This document shows, one piece after another, positions 8,561 through 17,178 of a DNA stretch of 24,444 nucleotides (within the stretch, counting starts at the first letter, position 1; every line of letters starts with the position of its first letter). The notes beneath the pieces were generated by a model. That model saw nothing but the letters and a program-made list of their open reading frames with translations. It made no database searches and was not told where the DNA came from. Source of the stretch: a virus (Duplodnaviria > Heunggongvirae > Uroviricota > Caudoviricetes); IMG/VR virus record IMGVR_UViG_3300012275_000062; one strand, written 5' to 3'. The position numbers and the translations under genes are program-made.

Positions 8561-8586
8561 AACCTCATGCAGTATCGCATGAGGTT
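8561..8586 (+). terminator. Hairpin downstream of the dinI remnant (possible terminator)
   Basis: Perfect 10-bp inverted repeat AACCTCATGC / GCATGAGGTT with a 6-nt loop, followed by a weak T-tract (CATTT). Confidence 0.3.
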
Positions 8587-8680
8587 CATTTAGGCGAAAT
8601 TTGTGGGAATTTTCTACAAGTTTATGAGCGAATAATTCATTTTTGATGTGTTAATTTCTTAACAATTTGGGCTTTAATTC

Positions 8681-8708
8681 TTGTAAAGCAAGACATAACG
8701 TTTATGAT
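8681..8708 (+). promoter_or_regulatory. Candidate sigma70 promoter of the two-gene cargo operon
   Basis: TTGTAA (8681-8686), 16-nt spacer, TATGAT (8703-8708), in an AT-rich intergenic region about 45 nt upstream of the ATG at 8754. Confidence 0.35.
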
Positions 8709-8753
8709 TGATAAATATAAAAAATCTGAATAGGCAGGAAAGGAGTTTAACTC

Positions 8754-9269
8754 ATGCCTGGGTTAGAAAATGCACAGCAAAATCAAGTTGATGAAATCGT
8801 TCCAGCAATGCAAATCGCATTGGTCGAAGAAGATATAGAACAACCCATCGCTGCCGAATACCTATACAGCCAGCATATAAGTGCGCTTGTGCCACAATGC
8901 CCTCCTGCCGAAGCGACAGAGTGCGATAGAGAATGCTGGCGTTTTACACTGAATCCTATAAGTCACAACTGCTTTTGGCCTCCAAAAAGAAGATCACCGC
9001 AGCGAATTGCTTCCGACGATGCGGAGGAGTGTTCTATGTGGGCGTTGTCTATGTATGAATCAGAGGCCCAGGCTACAAGAGCCTATACCATGTTAGCGAA
9101 GAAGATGAAAAATATCAGAAAAGCTATTGGTGATCACCTTGCTGTGGGTTCAGTAACCTGTAGTGATGGTAAATGTATGCCTGCTAGCAGAACCGGTCAC
9201 TTTGATTTTCATCCTTATGTGGATGCGGATTTCGTTAACGGGTTCCAAGTAATACGAGCATTACCATGA
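8754..9269 (+). CDS. Cargo gene 1 of a two-gene operon: 171-aa Cys-rich protein of unknown family
   Basis: Strong SD AGGAAAGGAG before ATG 8754. Seven Cys residues. Translation is protein-like but carries no motif I recognise. Stop overlaps the start of the next gene (ATGA at 9266-9269). Confidence 0.75.
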   Translation: MPGLENAQQNQVDEIVPAMQIALVEEDIEQPIAAEYLYSQHISALVPQCPPAEATECDRECWRFTLNPISHNCFWPPKRRSPQRIASDDAEECSMWALSMYESEAQATRAYTMLAKKMKNIRKAIGDHLAVGSVTCSDGKCMPASRTGHFDFHPYVDADFVNGFQVIRALP

Positions 9270-10357
9270 TAAAATTAGATGCTAGAAGAATAAATGCGTC
9301 AACTGTCGGAGATTATTCTTGGTACTCTGACCTCGTATATTTCGATGGTCCCCTAATTTGCTTGTTTAGAGGAAGCGGATATAAAGATGCTCTTTATGTC
9401 TGGCTTGATAATTCGGAGCGTGCCAATCGTTGGTGCTTGATTCCAGTATCAAGATCTACTTTGGACTCTTATCTTAACCAAAGAATGAGTTTAAGGGAGA
9501 TTATACAATCGAGCGAATATACATATATCTGCGATCATTTTGCGAAAACCGGAAGGAAGCACTACAACATTTTGCACGTTGATAGTTTTCCTGAGGAGTA
9601 TATGCCTGATGAAGATTCATATTTGTATGAAGAAATATGTACTGATGATGCATTGCTGTTGAAGCAGGAGCGCACCTCCAGTTATATGCTTGGATTAGAT
9701 AATCAGTTGTTTATAAATGATTTATCTGTAATACCAAAAATTTTCGAACAGCTCTATTCTTTCCATTACGGATTGGCTCATTTAGGACGGTTGTCGATTA
9801 GAAATACCATGTTGCGTCTGATGGGGAATTGGACGGGTGGAATATCAGCAGTAAATATATTTTCAGGGTTGAAAAATGTTATTCCTGTTTTGCATCGACC
9901 AGAGATTAGCTCTCTCCAATACAATTCACCGGGGCATATTGAGTTAAATTTACTTCCTGATTTGGCTCAAAGTGTTCAAGATGCATCTATTCGTGTGAAA
10001 AGTGAGCTAGTTTATGACCGTCTGGAGAAAATGTATAAAAATACATATGCATACTTCAAGGATAATGGGCTGTCAGGCTTTGATGAAGACGGCGGCATTG
10101 AAATTAGAAATATCGATAGTGATACCACCGGAAACCTACGTAAACGCGTAAGAATATTTTTTAGATGTTTGGGGTGGTCAAGTTATCAAGCTCAGTTTGA
10201 TCTGATCGGTGCCCATCCTCTACAACAATTACGTGCTGTGATGGCCTACTACAGGCGGCTCAAAATCTTGCGTGAATACATTGTCTCCGAGAAGCTTTTT
10301 GTTGGTCAGTCTCGGGTGTTACAGCAGCCACAAATTGCTCTGCCTCCTGAGGATTAG
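9266..10357 (+). CDS. Cargo gene 2 of a two-gene operon: 363-aa protein of unknown family
   Basis: Translationally coupled to gene 1. AT-richer than the backbone. No Walker A, HUH, HEPN or other signature found by eye. Confidence 0.8.
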   Translation: MIKLDARRINASTVGDYSWYSDLVYFDGPLICLFRGSGYKDALYVWLDNSERANRWCLIPVSRSTLDSYLNQRMSLREIIQSSEYTYICDHFAKTGRKHYNILHVDSFPEEYMPDEDSYLYEEICTDDALLLKQERTSSYMLGLDNQLFINDLSVIPKIFEQLYSFHYGLAHLGRLSIRNTMLRLMGNWTGGISAVNIFSGLKNVIPVLHRPEISSLQYNSPGHIELNLLPDLAQSVQDASIRVKSELVYDRLEKMYKNTYAYFKDNGLSGFDEDGGIEIRNIDSDTTGNLRKRVRIFFRCLGWSSYQAQFDLIGAHPLQQLRAVMAYYRRLKILREYIVSEKLFVGQSRVLQQPQIALPPED

Positions 10358-10413
10358 ATTCTGCGTTATGCTGCATGAATCCGCATGATCGTTTGAGGAT
10401 CGTTCTAGATGAG

Positions 10414-10437
10414 GCCCGTCAGCAATGGCGGGCTTTT
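10414..10437 (+). terminator. Intrinsic-terminator-like hairpin downstream of the two-gene operon
   Basis: GC-rich stem GCCCG (10414-10418) / CGGGC (10429-10433) followed by TTTT (10434-10437). It may instead be part of the cos-region structure. Confidence 0.3.
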
Positions 10438-10482
10438 GCTAATGTCATGCTGGCGCATGAAAACCACTACATAAAGCGGGCA

Positions 10483-10501
10483 GGCGTGGCGGGGATACGA
10501 G
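10483..10501. other. Putative cos (cohesive-end) site of the P2/186 family
   Basis: GGCGTGGCGGGGATACGAG: the first 13 nt match the 19-nt cohesive end I recall for 186 (GGCGTGGCGGGGAAAGCAT; P2 is GGCGAGGCGGGGAAAGCAC). It lies where cos is expected, between the right-end accessory region and Q. Confidence 0.35.
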
Positions 10502-10635
10502 CGCGCTCTGATATGAAAATCTGAACAAATAATTACAAAATGGTATCTTTTTGTTGCTATCATCATTTTTGATGGTAACTTAACCTTTTCAGTTTCTATA
10601 TTATAAAATTCTATCCAGAAGAAGGAATTTGTTTC

Positions 10636-12417
10636 ATGGCTGAACTATTACCGCAAACAACTTCTATACAAACTATTTATTCATGGTTTACTGAAGGTAA
10701 GATATTTGTTAATAGACGTTATCAACGAAAATTAGTTTGGACTGCAATAGAGAAACAAAAATTAATTGAATCCATTCAAAAAAAATATCCAATTCCTGCA
10801 GTTCTTCTCGCGGAAAGGGAAAATGATCCTGGCACATATGAAATAATTGATGGCCTACAAAGATTACATGCAATAATGTCTTTCATCGAAACAGGATATG
10901 AATCACTTGATGGAAAACGTTTTAATCTGGACGCTTTTCCCACAGCGAAAAATCGAGCGGATGAAGGTAAGTTTGTTGCAGTGAAAGCTGATAATCTTTT
11001 AAGTCAGCGTGAGGTTACTCAGTTATTGGATTATTCTCTTGCAATGTCCATTATGCGTAATGCGACTGAGAACGAAATAAATGATGTTTTTGATAGAATT
11101 AATACATACGGGCATAGACTTAGTGATCAAGAAAGGCGCCAGGCTGGTATACAAAATAAATTTTCAAATATGGTTAGGGATATTGCCTGTTCTATCAGGG
11201 GGGATGTATCTGACGACATATTGCTTTTAGAGCAAATGCCGTCTATTAGCATTGATTTGCCACTAACTAAACATGGTTACCAAATTCAGTCGGAAGAAGT
11301 ATTTTGGGTAAAACATGGGATCTTACGTTCAACAGACCTTCGTGACAGTATGGATGAGCAATGCATTGCAGATATAGCAGCTTGTATTGTTGGAGGTAAG
11401 TTAATAGATCGTTCCAAAGATGCGCTTGATCAGATTTATAATAATGAAGATGAAGAGTATAGTCGTATTAGCTCTGCTATTAATGTTTATGGTGAAGGAA
11501 AATTTGCAGAAGAGTTTAAATTCTGCATCCAGGAAATAACAAAAGTATGTAATAGTGACGGTGAAATTAAACTCAGGGATTTAATCTTTACTAAACGTAC
11601 TACAAATGCTTTCCCAGCCATATTTGCTGTGTTATTTATTGCTTTTCATGAATTACTCATTAAAGAAAATAAGAAGATTAATAATTATAAAGGTGTAAAA
11701 GACAATCTTAATAATATAGTCACTCGACTAGATACTAAAAGATCTGCTACTGGTGGGGAAGAGAGAAGAAAGAATATTAATTCTATCATTGGCTTGATTA
11801 AAGATAACTTTATTGATAGCGCCGATAGCAGTCATATCTATAATTCTCACAATACGGTGGATATTGAGGATATTTTACGAAGATCTGAAATAGAGCTTGC
11901 AAATTATGAACTGAAACAGGGTTTGTTGATGTTAGGCGGAGAGCGAACTATTGATGATGGCATTCATGAGAAAATATTCTCCACAATTTGTGCTATTGCT
12001 AACATCGGTAAAGGTAACAAGAACGGTGTAGTTGGTAAGTTATTGCTTGGTGTAACAGATAAACCAAGTGATACAAGTAGAGTAAAAGAGCTTGATGATA
12101 TAGATGCACATGTAGTTGGTGAGAGAAGTGTTGTTGGTGTTAAAAGAGAAGCTATTAAACTCGGCATATCAATGGAAGAATATTATAGACGTTTTTGCGA
12201 TGAGTTGAAAAAATCTGCTTTGAGTGAGCCTCTTAAATCACAAGTGGTGAGTTTGATTGACTATAATGACTTTTATGGTTATGGAGTTATAGTTATTACA
12301 ATTCCACTTCTAGCATCTTATTCTAGTTATGATGGGGATATTTATTATCGTGCTGGCGATAATACCGTAAAAGCAACAGTTATCGAAGCAGCAGATATTG
12401 CAACACGTTTTAAATGA
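10636..12417 (+). CDS. Cargo protein, 593 aa: N-terminal DUF262 (ParB/Srx-like) domain fused to a C-terminal Schlafen/AlbA_2-like domain; candidate single-gene anti-phage system
   Basis: DUF262 signatures NRRYQRKLVW (residues ~27-35, nt ~10714-10740) and IIDGLQRLHAI (~70-80, nt ~10843-10875), plus the downstream FDRINTYGHRLS block. C-terminal ELANYELKQ ... IFSTICAIANIGKGNKNGVVGKLLLGVTD (~418-475) resembles the AlbA_2 core. Very AT-rich. Own SD (GAAGGAA) and AT-rich upstream region. Confidence 0.85.
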   Translation: MAELLPQTTSIQTIYSWFTEGKIFVNRRYQRKLVWTAIEKQKLIESIQKKYPIPAVLLAERENDPGTYEIIDGLQRLHAIMSFIETGYESLDGKRFNLDAFPTAKNRADEGKFVAVKADNLLSQREVTQLLDYSLAMSIMRNATENEINDVFDRINTYGHRLSDQERRQAGIQNKFSNMVRDIACSIRGDVSDDILLLEQMPSISIDLPLTKHGYQIQSEEVFWVKHGILRSTDLRDSMDEQCIADIAACIVGGKLIDRSKDALDQIYNNEDEEYSRISSAINVYGEGKFAEEFKFCIQEITKVCNSDGEIKLRDLIFTKRTTNAFPAIFAVLFIAFHELLIKENKKINNYKGVKDNLNNIVTRLDTKRSATGGEERRKNINSIIGLIKDNFIDSADSSHIYNSHNTVDIEDILRRSEIELANYELKQGLLMLGGERTIDDGIHEKIFSTICAIANIGKGNKNGVVGKLLLGVTDKPSDTSRVKELDDIDAHVVGERSVVGVKREAIKLGISMEEYYRRFCDELKKSALSEPLKSQVVSLIDYNDFYGYGVIVITIPLLASYSSYDGDIYYRAGDNTVKATVIEAADIATRFK

Positions 12418-12420
12418 AAG

Positions 12421-12442
12421 AACGCCTGCTCAGGCAGGCGTT
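12421..12442. terminator. Hairpin between the convergent 593-aa gene and Q (likely bidirectional terminator)
   Basis: Perfect 9-bp inverted repeat AACGCCTGC / GCAGGCGTT with a 4-nt loop, starting 4 nt after the 593-aa gene stop. On the minus strand it is followed by TTCTTTCATTT, i.e. downstream of Q. Confidence 0.45.
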
Positions 12443-12457
12443 AATTATAAACAGGAA

Positions 12458-13435
12458 CTACAAAATATATTTATTAAATGTAATTATATTTTCATCCAGC
12501 CAACAATTAAGCGCTTGCATCAATTTTTGCAAAGGTAAAAGCTCATTCCGCACAAATACCTTACTAGCTTTCTCTACATCCCCAAACCCCCCGACATTGC
12601 TAGGCATAATCCCCATCATTTGCGGCGGTACGCGGTGCGCCGCCATCATGTCGTCCCGGCTCACGTTCTTGATATTCAGAAACTCATCCTTCGCCGCGAC
12701 TTCTGACAGAGGAATGATCTGAAGCCCATCCTTTTTGCCGTTAGGCGAGTACATAAACAGGTTGCGGAAGTTACCCGGTCCTTTGGCGCTTTTCATTGCG
12801 TTGCGGAGGTTGTTCACATCCTCCTGGTTTTGCGCGGCATCGGTCATGTACATGATGAAGCCTGCATGACTGCCGTTAATGTAATACTTCCGGCGGAACA
12901 GCGTGGCGGACTCGTTGAGCAGAGCGGATGGAATAGCAGAAAGATAGCCAGGCAGGCCGTAGATCTCCNNNNNNNNNNTTGCCATACCGTATTGCACAAA
13001 CCAGTAGGTATCCAGGTCTAATCCGCGTCGAGTGTATTTTGCCAGGGCAGGTTCAAGGGCGATAACTTCACCGAAGCGGTTCGTGCGTTTCTCCAGGTAG
13101 GCATTACCAAATACCAGATAGTCCTGCACAAAACGTGAAAAAGCCTGCTGGCTGAGCAACGGGTGAGGGATATAGGTGCTGGTCAGAATGTTGCACTTTA
13201 CTGCAATCGGTGAGCTGTGGTGTACGGCGGCGCGGAAGGTTCGCGCCAGGCCGTCGAAACTCACTGGTGGCTCATACCAACGGTCCATCTGTACGCATTC
13301 CACATAGTCCAGCAGTTCGCGGCGGTCCAGAACAGGAACGGGATCACCGAAGCTGAATGCTTCGGCTGAAGTCTGGTTTTTATGCTGGATCTGTTTCGTC
13401 GCCGCAGCGCGGTTCTTCTTACTCTTTCCCATCAA
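12458..13435 (-). CDS. Q: Portal protein (P2 gpQ family); contains N-gap 12969-12978
   Basis: Position and orientation match P2 Q, divergent from O/N and adjacent to P. Translation is consistent with recalled gpQ. Length is uncertain because of the gap. Confidence 0.85.
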   Translation of the reverse strand: MMGKSKKNRAAATKQIQHKNQTSAEAFSFGDPVPVLDRRELLDYVECVQMDRWYEPPVSFDGLARTFRAAVHHSSPIAVKCNILTSTYIPHPLLSQQAFSRFVQDYLVFGNAYLEKRTNRFGEVIALEPALAKYTRRGLDLDTYWFVQYGMAXXXXEIYGLPGYLSAIPSALLNESATLFRRKYYINGSHAGFIMYMTDAAQNQEDVNNLRNAMKSAKGPGNFRNLFMYSPNGKKDGLQIIPLSEVAAKDEFLNIKNVSRDDMMAAHRVPPQMMGIMPSNVGGFGDVEKASKVFVRNELLPLQKLMQALNCWLDENIITFNKYIL

Positions 13436-15124
13436 AAAATCTCCACAATATTGCTGGTATTGGCGGACTCGCCCTGCAGTGGTTCGTTAAACAGTGCGTG
13501 CATTGTTGCCCAGGCCAGATCGGCATGGCTGGCTTCTTCGCTGCGGCTGGCTTCATAGGTCGGGCGGTTGCCGCTGGCGGTGGTGGCGCGACGGATTGCC
13601 ATGAATGACTGCGCAATGTCGGTGTGCCCGGCGTCAAACTCAAGACGGCGGTGGCTGATAATGTCGTAGGCCTTGAGTACCAGGGCGTTTTTAACGTTGG
13701 GGTTGTAGACAAACTCCCGGACGGCAGGAAAAAACGCTTTCACGTTCTCGTAAACCCCGTGACCAACGCCGGTTGAGTCGATGCCGATATAGGTCACGTT
13801 GTACTGTTCGGTCAGTTTTTTGATGGCGTCAGCATGGGCGCGAAAGTCCATTCCGCGCCACTGGTGACGCTCAAGAATGCGCCGGGTCATAACCGATCCA
13901 CACTTCGCGCCAGCCAAACGGGCGCAGGGCCAGTGCATGAAAGTCGGTCCAGACTTCCCAGCTGTCCACCATGCACGCCTGCAATTCGCTGAGCGGGAAC
14001 ACGGACGCGAGATCGTCCACGAACTCGCACATCAGCAAGTTCTGGTATTCGTCAGGGCTGTACTCCATGCGCAACTGGTCAAGGTCGAACAGGTTACAGC
14101 CGCCTCGCACCGCATCTTCCACGGTGACTATCTGGCGGTATTGCCCGTCTGCGCACAGCAGGCCGGGGGCCAGATTGCTGTGGGACAGGTCGATGTCCAC
14201 CTTATCGGCTCTGTTGCGCCCACGGTTGAACAGCGCACCGGACCAGAACGGATAAGCACTGTGTGTCAGACTGGATGGCGTGGAAAAATAGGTCTGTCGC
14301 CATTTCTTGTGAATAGCCATACCGGAAGCCACTTTGCGCAGCTCCTGGAATTTCGGTATCCAGAAATATTCATCCAGATACAGGTTGCCGTGGTAACTCT
14401 GGGCCGTGCGGGCATTGGTGCCGAGGAAGTACAGCGTGGCCCCGTTAGGAAGCACCATCGGATCGCCTTTCAGCTCCACCTCCACTTCTTTGGCGAAGTC
14501 GATGATGTACTGCTTAAAGACGTGGGCCTGTGCCTTGCTGGCGGAAAGGAAAATCTGGTTACGCCCGGTCAGCAGGGCGTCAATCAGGGCTTCACGGGCA
14601 AAATAGAAGGTCGCGCCGATCTGGCGTGACTTCAGCAGGTTGCGGATGCGGTTGGTTTTTCCGGCTTCCCACCAGTGGCGCTGGTAGTTGAACATGGAGG
14701 AATGGAAGATTTCTTCCAGCTTCTCAATCTGTTCATCGGTGAAAACGTTCTTTTCCGGCTGACGGCGCGGGCCTTTGTTGCGGTTGGCGACGTTAGGGTT
14801 TAAGTCGGCTTCGTTGCCGCCATTGTTAAACTTGCCGATCCGCGCATGGCGCTCCGACTGGCGCGCCAGCAGGTCAATCTCTTTGAAATCTTTCCCTTCT
14901 TTGTGCTCCTTCATAATGAGCTGGCAGTAGCGTGCGGCGGTGGTGAGCTGCATCTGATCCAGCGGCCCATAGTCACCCCACTTGTCGCGTTTTTTCCAGC
15001 TGTGAACGGTTGCAACTTTCTCGCCCAGCATTTCAGCAATGCGGGCTACGCGGTATCCCTGAAAGTACAGCAGCATGGCCTGCCGACGGGGATCGAGATC
15101 TGCGGGTGTCAGTGTGGTGTTCAT
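13432..15124 (-). pseudogene. P: Terminase large (ATPase) subunit, P2 gpP family, split by a frameshift in 13871-13938
   Basis: N-terminal 417-aa ORF (13871-15124) and C-terminal 168-aa ORF (13432-13938) are in different frames and overlap. Together they are about the length of P2 gpP (~590 aa). Either real inactivation or an indel error in a draft assembly. Confidence 0.75.
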
Positions 15125-15170
15125 GGCACAAACCTACAGCCTTGAATGAAGGCTTTCCCCGCCTGCGGTT

Positions 15171-15188
15171 TGTGTGGTTGTCGGTACA
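15171..15188. promoter_or_regulatory. Late-promoter activator (Ogr/B-type) binding site, TGT-N12-ACA, in the divergent P/O control region
   Basis: TGTGTGGTTGTCGGTACA fits the TGT-N12-ACA dyad of P2-family late promoters. Its centre is about 55 bp upstream of the P start codon. A degenerate copy, TGT-N12-ATC, sits at 15201-15218 on the O side. Confidence 0.45.
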
Positions 15189-15266
15189 AATACCGCGCAT
15201 TGTTTCACTGCCCCCATCACCGCAACCATAAGGCTCCAGTAAGTTTTTTCTAACGGAGCACGGCTC

Positions 15267-16100
15267 ATGACAGTGAAAGCAAAGCGTTTTCGCATCGGGG
15301 TGGAAGGTGCCACCACCGACGGACGCGAAATCCAGCGTGAATGGCTGGAACAGATGGCAGCCAGCTACAACCCGGCGGTGTATACCGCGCTGATTAACCT
15401 TGAGCACATCAAGTCTTATCTGCCGGACAGCACCTTTAACCGTTACGGCAAGGTGACGGCGCTGTTTGTTGAAGAAATCACGGAAGGTCCGCTGGCAGGC
15501 AAGATGGCGCTGTATGCCGACGTTGAGCCAACGGAGTCCCTGGTGGAACTGGTGAAAAAAGGCCAGAAATTATTCACCTCTATGGAAGTCAGCCCGAAGT
15601 TCGCTGATACGGGCAAAGCCTACCTGGTCGGCCTGGCTGCCACTGATGACCCTGCCAGTCTGGGTACGGAAATGCTGACATTCAGCGCCAGTGCAGCCCA
15701 TAACCCGCTGGCAAACCGCAAGCAGAATCCTGCCAATCTCTTTACCGCTGCAGAGGAAACGGTGATCGAACTGGAAGAAATCCAGGACGACAAACTGTCC
15801 CTGTTTGCCCGCGTCACGGCGTTGTTTACCAAAAAAGAGCAGTCCGATGACGCCCGGTTCGCTGATGTGCATAAGGCCGTGGAGCTGGTCGCCACTGAGC
15901 AGCAGAACCTGAGCGCACGCACCGAAAAATCCCTGTCTGAGCAGGAAGAACGCCTGTCTGAACTGGAGACTGCTCTGCAGGAGCAGCAAACCGCCTTTAA
16001 CGAACTGGTGAATAAGTTGAGTCATGAAGACAGCCGCCAGGACTACCGCCAGCGTGCAACAGGCGGTAACGCCCCCGCTGACACTCTGACCAATTGCTGA
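15267..16100 (+). CDS. O: Capsid scaffolding protein (P2 gpO family)
   Basis: Position immediately upstream of the major capsid gene; Glu/Gln/Ala-rich coiled C-terminus typical of scaffolds; resembles recalled gpO. Confidence 0.85.
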   Translation: MTVKAKRFRIGVEGATTDGREIQREWLEQMAASYNPAVYTALINLEHIKSYLPDSTFNRYGKVTALFVEEITEGPLAGKMALYADVEPTESLVELVKKGQKLFTSMEVSPKFADTGKAYLVGLAATDDPASLGTEMLTFSASAAHNPLANRKQNPANLFTAAEETVIELEEIQDDKLSLFARVTALFTKKEQSDDARFADVHKAVELVATEQQNLSARTEKSLSEQEERLSELETALQEQQTAFNELVNKLSHEDSRQDYRQRATGGNAPADTLTNC

Positions 16101-16116
16101 TGGAGCACAAAACCTG

Positions 16117-17175
16117 ATGAAGAAGAATACCCGCTTTGCTTTTAACGCTTACCTGCAGCAGCTGGCGCGTCTGAACGGTGTGGCAGTTGAAGAACTGTCC
16201 AGCAAGTTCACCGTGGAGCCGTCTGTACAGCAGACGCTGGAAGACCAGATCCAGCAGTCTGCCGCTTTCCTGACGCTGATTAACGTCACGCCAGTGACTG
16301 AGCAGTCCGGTCAGCTGCTGGGGTTGGGTGTTGGTAGCACCATTGCCGGAACCACTGACACCACCGCGAAAGAGCGTGAACCTGTCGATCCTACGCTGAT
16401 GGTCGATGTGGAATACAAATGCGAGCAGACCAACTTTGACACGGTACTGACCTACGCGAAGCTGGACCTGTGGGCGAAGTTTCAGGATTTCCAGGTGCGT
16501 ATCCGTGACGCCATCGTGAAACGTCAGGCACTGGACCGCATCATGATCGGCTTTAACGGCGTGAAGCGTGCGAAAACCTCCAACCGTAGCGAAAACCCGC
16601 TGCTGCAGGATGTGAACAAAGGCTGGCTGCAGAAAATCCGTGAGGATGCACCGGATCATGTCATGGGCAGCACCACCACGGGCGGTGAAACCACACCGGG
16701 CGCGGTGAAAGTCGGGAAAGGTGGCGAATATGCCAACCTGGACGCCGTGGTGATGGATGCCGTCAATGAGCTTATCGACGTGGTCTACCAGGACGATGAC
16801 GATCTGGTGGTGATTTGCGGCCGTGAACTGCTGTCTGACAAGTATTTCCCGCTGGTCAACAAAGAGCAGGAAAACAGTGAAAAACTGGCTGCCGATATGA
16901 TCATCAGTCAGAAGCGCATGGGGGGCCTGCAGGCCGTGCGTGCGCCGTTTTTCCCGCCGAATGCGCTGCTGATCACCCGTCTGGATAACCTGTCCATCTA
17001 CTGGCAGGAAGACACCCGCCGCCGTTCAGTTATCGACAACCCGAAACGTGACCGGATTGAAAACTTTGAATCCGTTAACGAAGCCTATGTGGTTGAGGAC
17101 TACCGCTGCGCAGCACTGGTGGAAAACATCCAGATTGGCGACTTCAGCGCCGTCGCAGTAGAAACCGGAGCGTAA
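16117..17175 (+). CDS. N: Major capsid protein (P2 gpN family)
   Basis: Translation matches recalled P2 gpN over most of its length (e.g. FKFNAYL, FTVEPSVQQTL, KLDLWAKFQDFQVRIRDAIVKRQALD, GFNGVKRA). Confidence 0.9.
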   Translation: MKKNTRFAFNAYLQQLARLNGVAVEELSSKFTVEPSVQQTLEDQIQQSAAFLTLINVTPVTEQSGQLLGLGVGSTIAGTTDTTAKEREPVDPTLMVDVEYKCEQTNFDTVLTYAKLDLWAKFQDFQVRIRDAIVKRQALDRIMIGFNGVKRAKTSNRSENPLLQDVNKGWLQKIREDAPDHVMGSTTTGGETTPGAVKVGKGGEYANLDAVVMDAVNELIDVVYQDDDDLVVICGRELLSDKYFPLVNKEQENSEKLAADMIISQKRMGGLQAVRAPFFPPNALLITRLDNLSIYWQEDTRRRSVIDNPKRDRIENFESVNEAYVVEDYRCAALVENIQIGDFSAVAVETGA

Positions 17176-17178
17176 TCC

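Noticed and set aside
10380-10500. Protein-like reading frame (DEARQQWRAFANVMLAHENHYIKRAGVAGIRARSDMKI) suggesting a gene remnant
   Set aside because: No start codon or SD, and it coincides with the putative cos region; more likely conserved non-coding packaging sequence.
10636-12417. Whether the 593-aa protein could be the P2 Old homolog (similar length, same hotspot)
   Set aside because: Old is an ABC-ATPase/TOPRIM protein; I find no Walker A (GxxxxGK[ST]) or TOPRIM-like acidic motifs, and instead see DUF262 signatures.
12414-12722. Plus-strand 102-aa ORF running from the end of the 593-aa gene into Q
   Set aside because: Overlaps the Q 3' end antisense and spans the terminator hairpin; no SD.
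13877-14629. Plus-strand 250-aa ORF antisense to the terminase gene, plus other nested ORFs in the late region (15570-16659, 17026-17717, 18057-18442, 20340-21356, 22274-22927, 22985-24401)
   Set aside because: All lie antisense to or out of frame within genes with strong P2-family homology; judged spurious.
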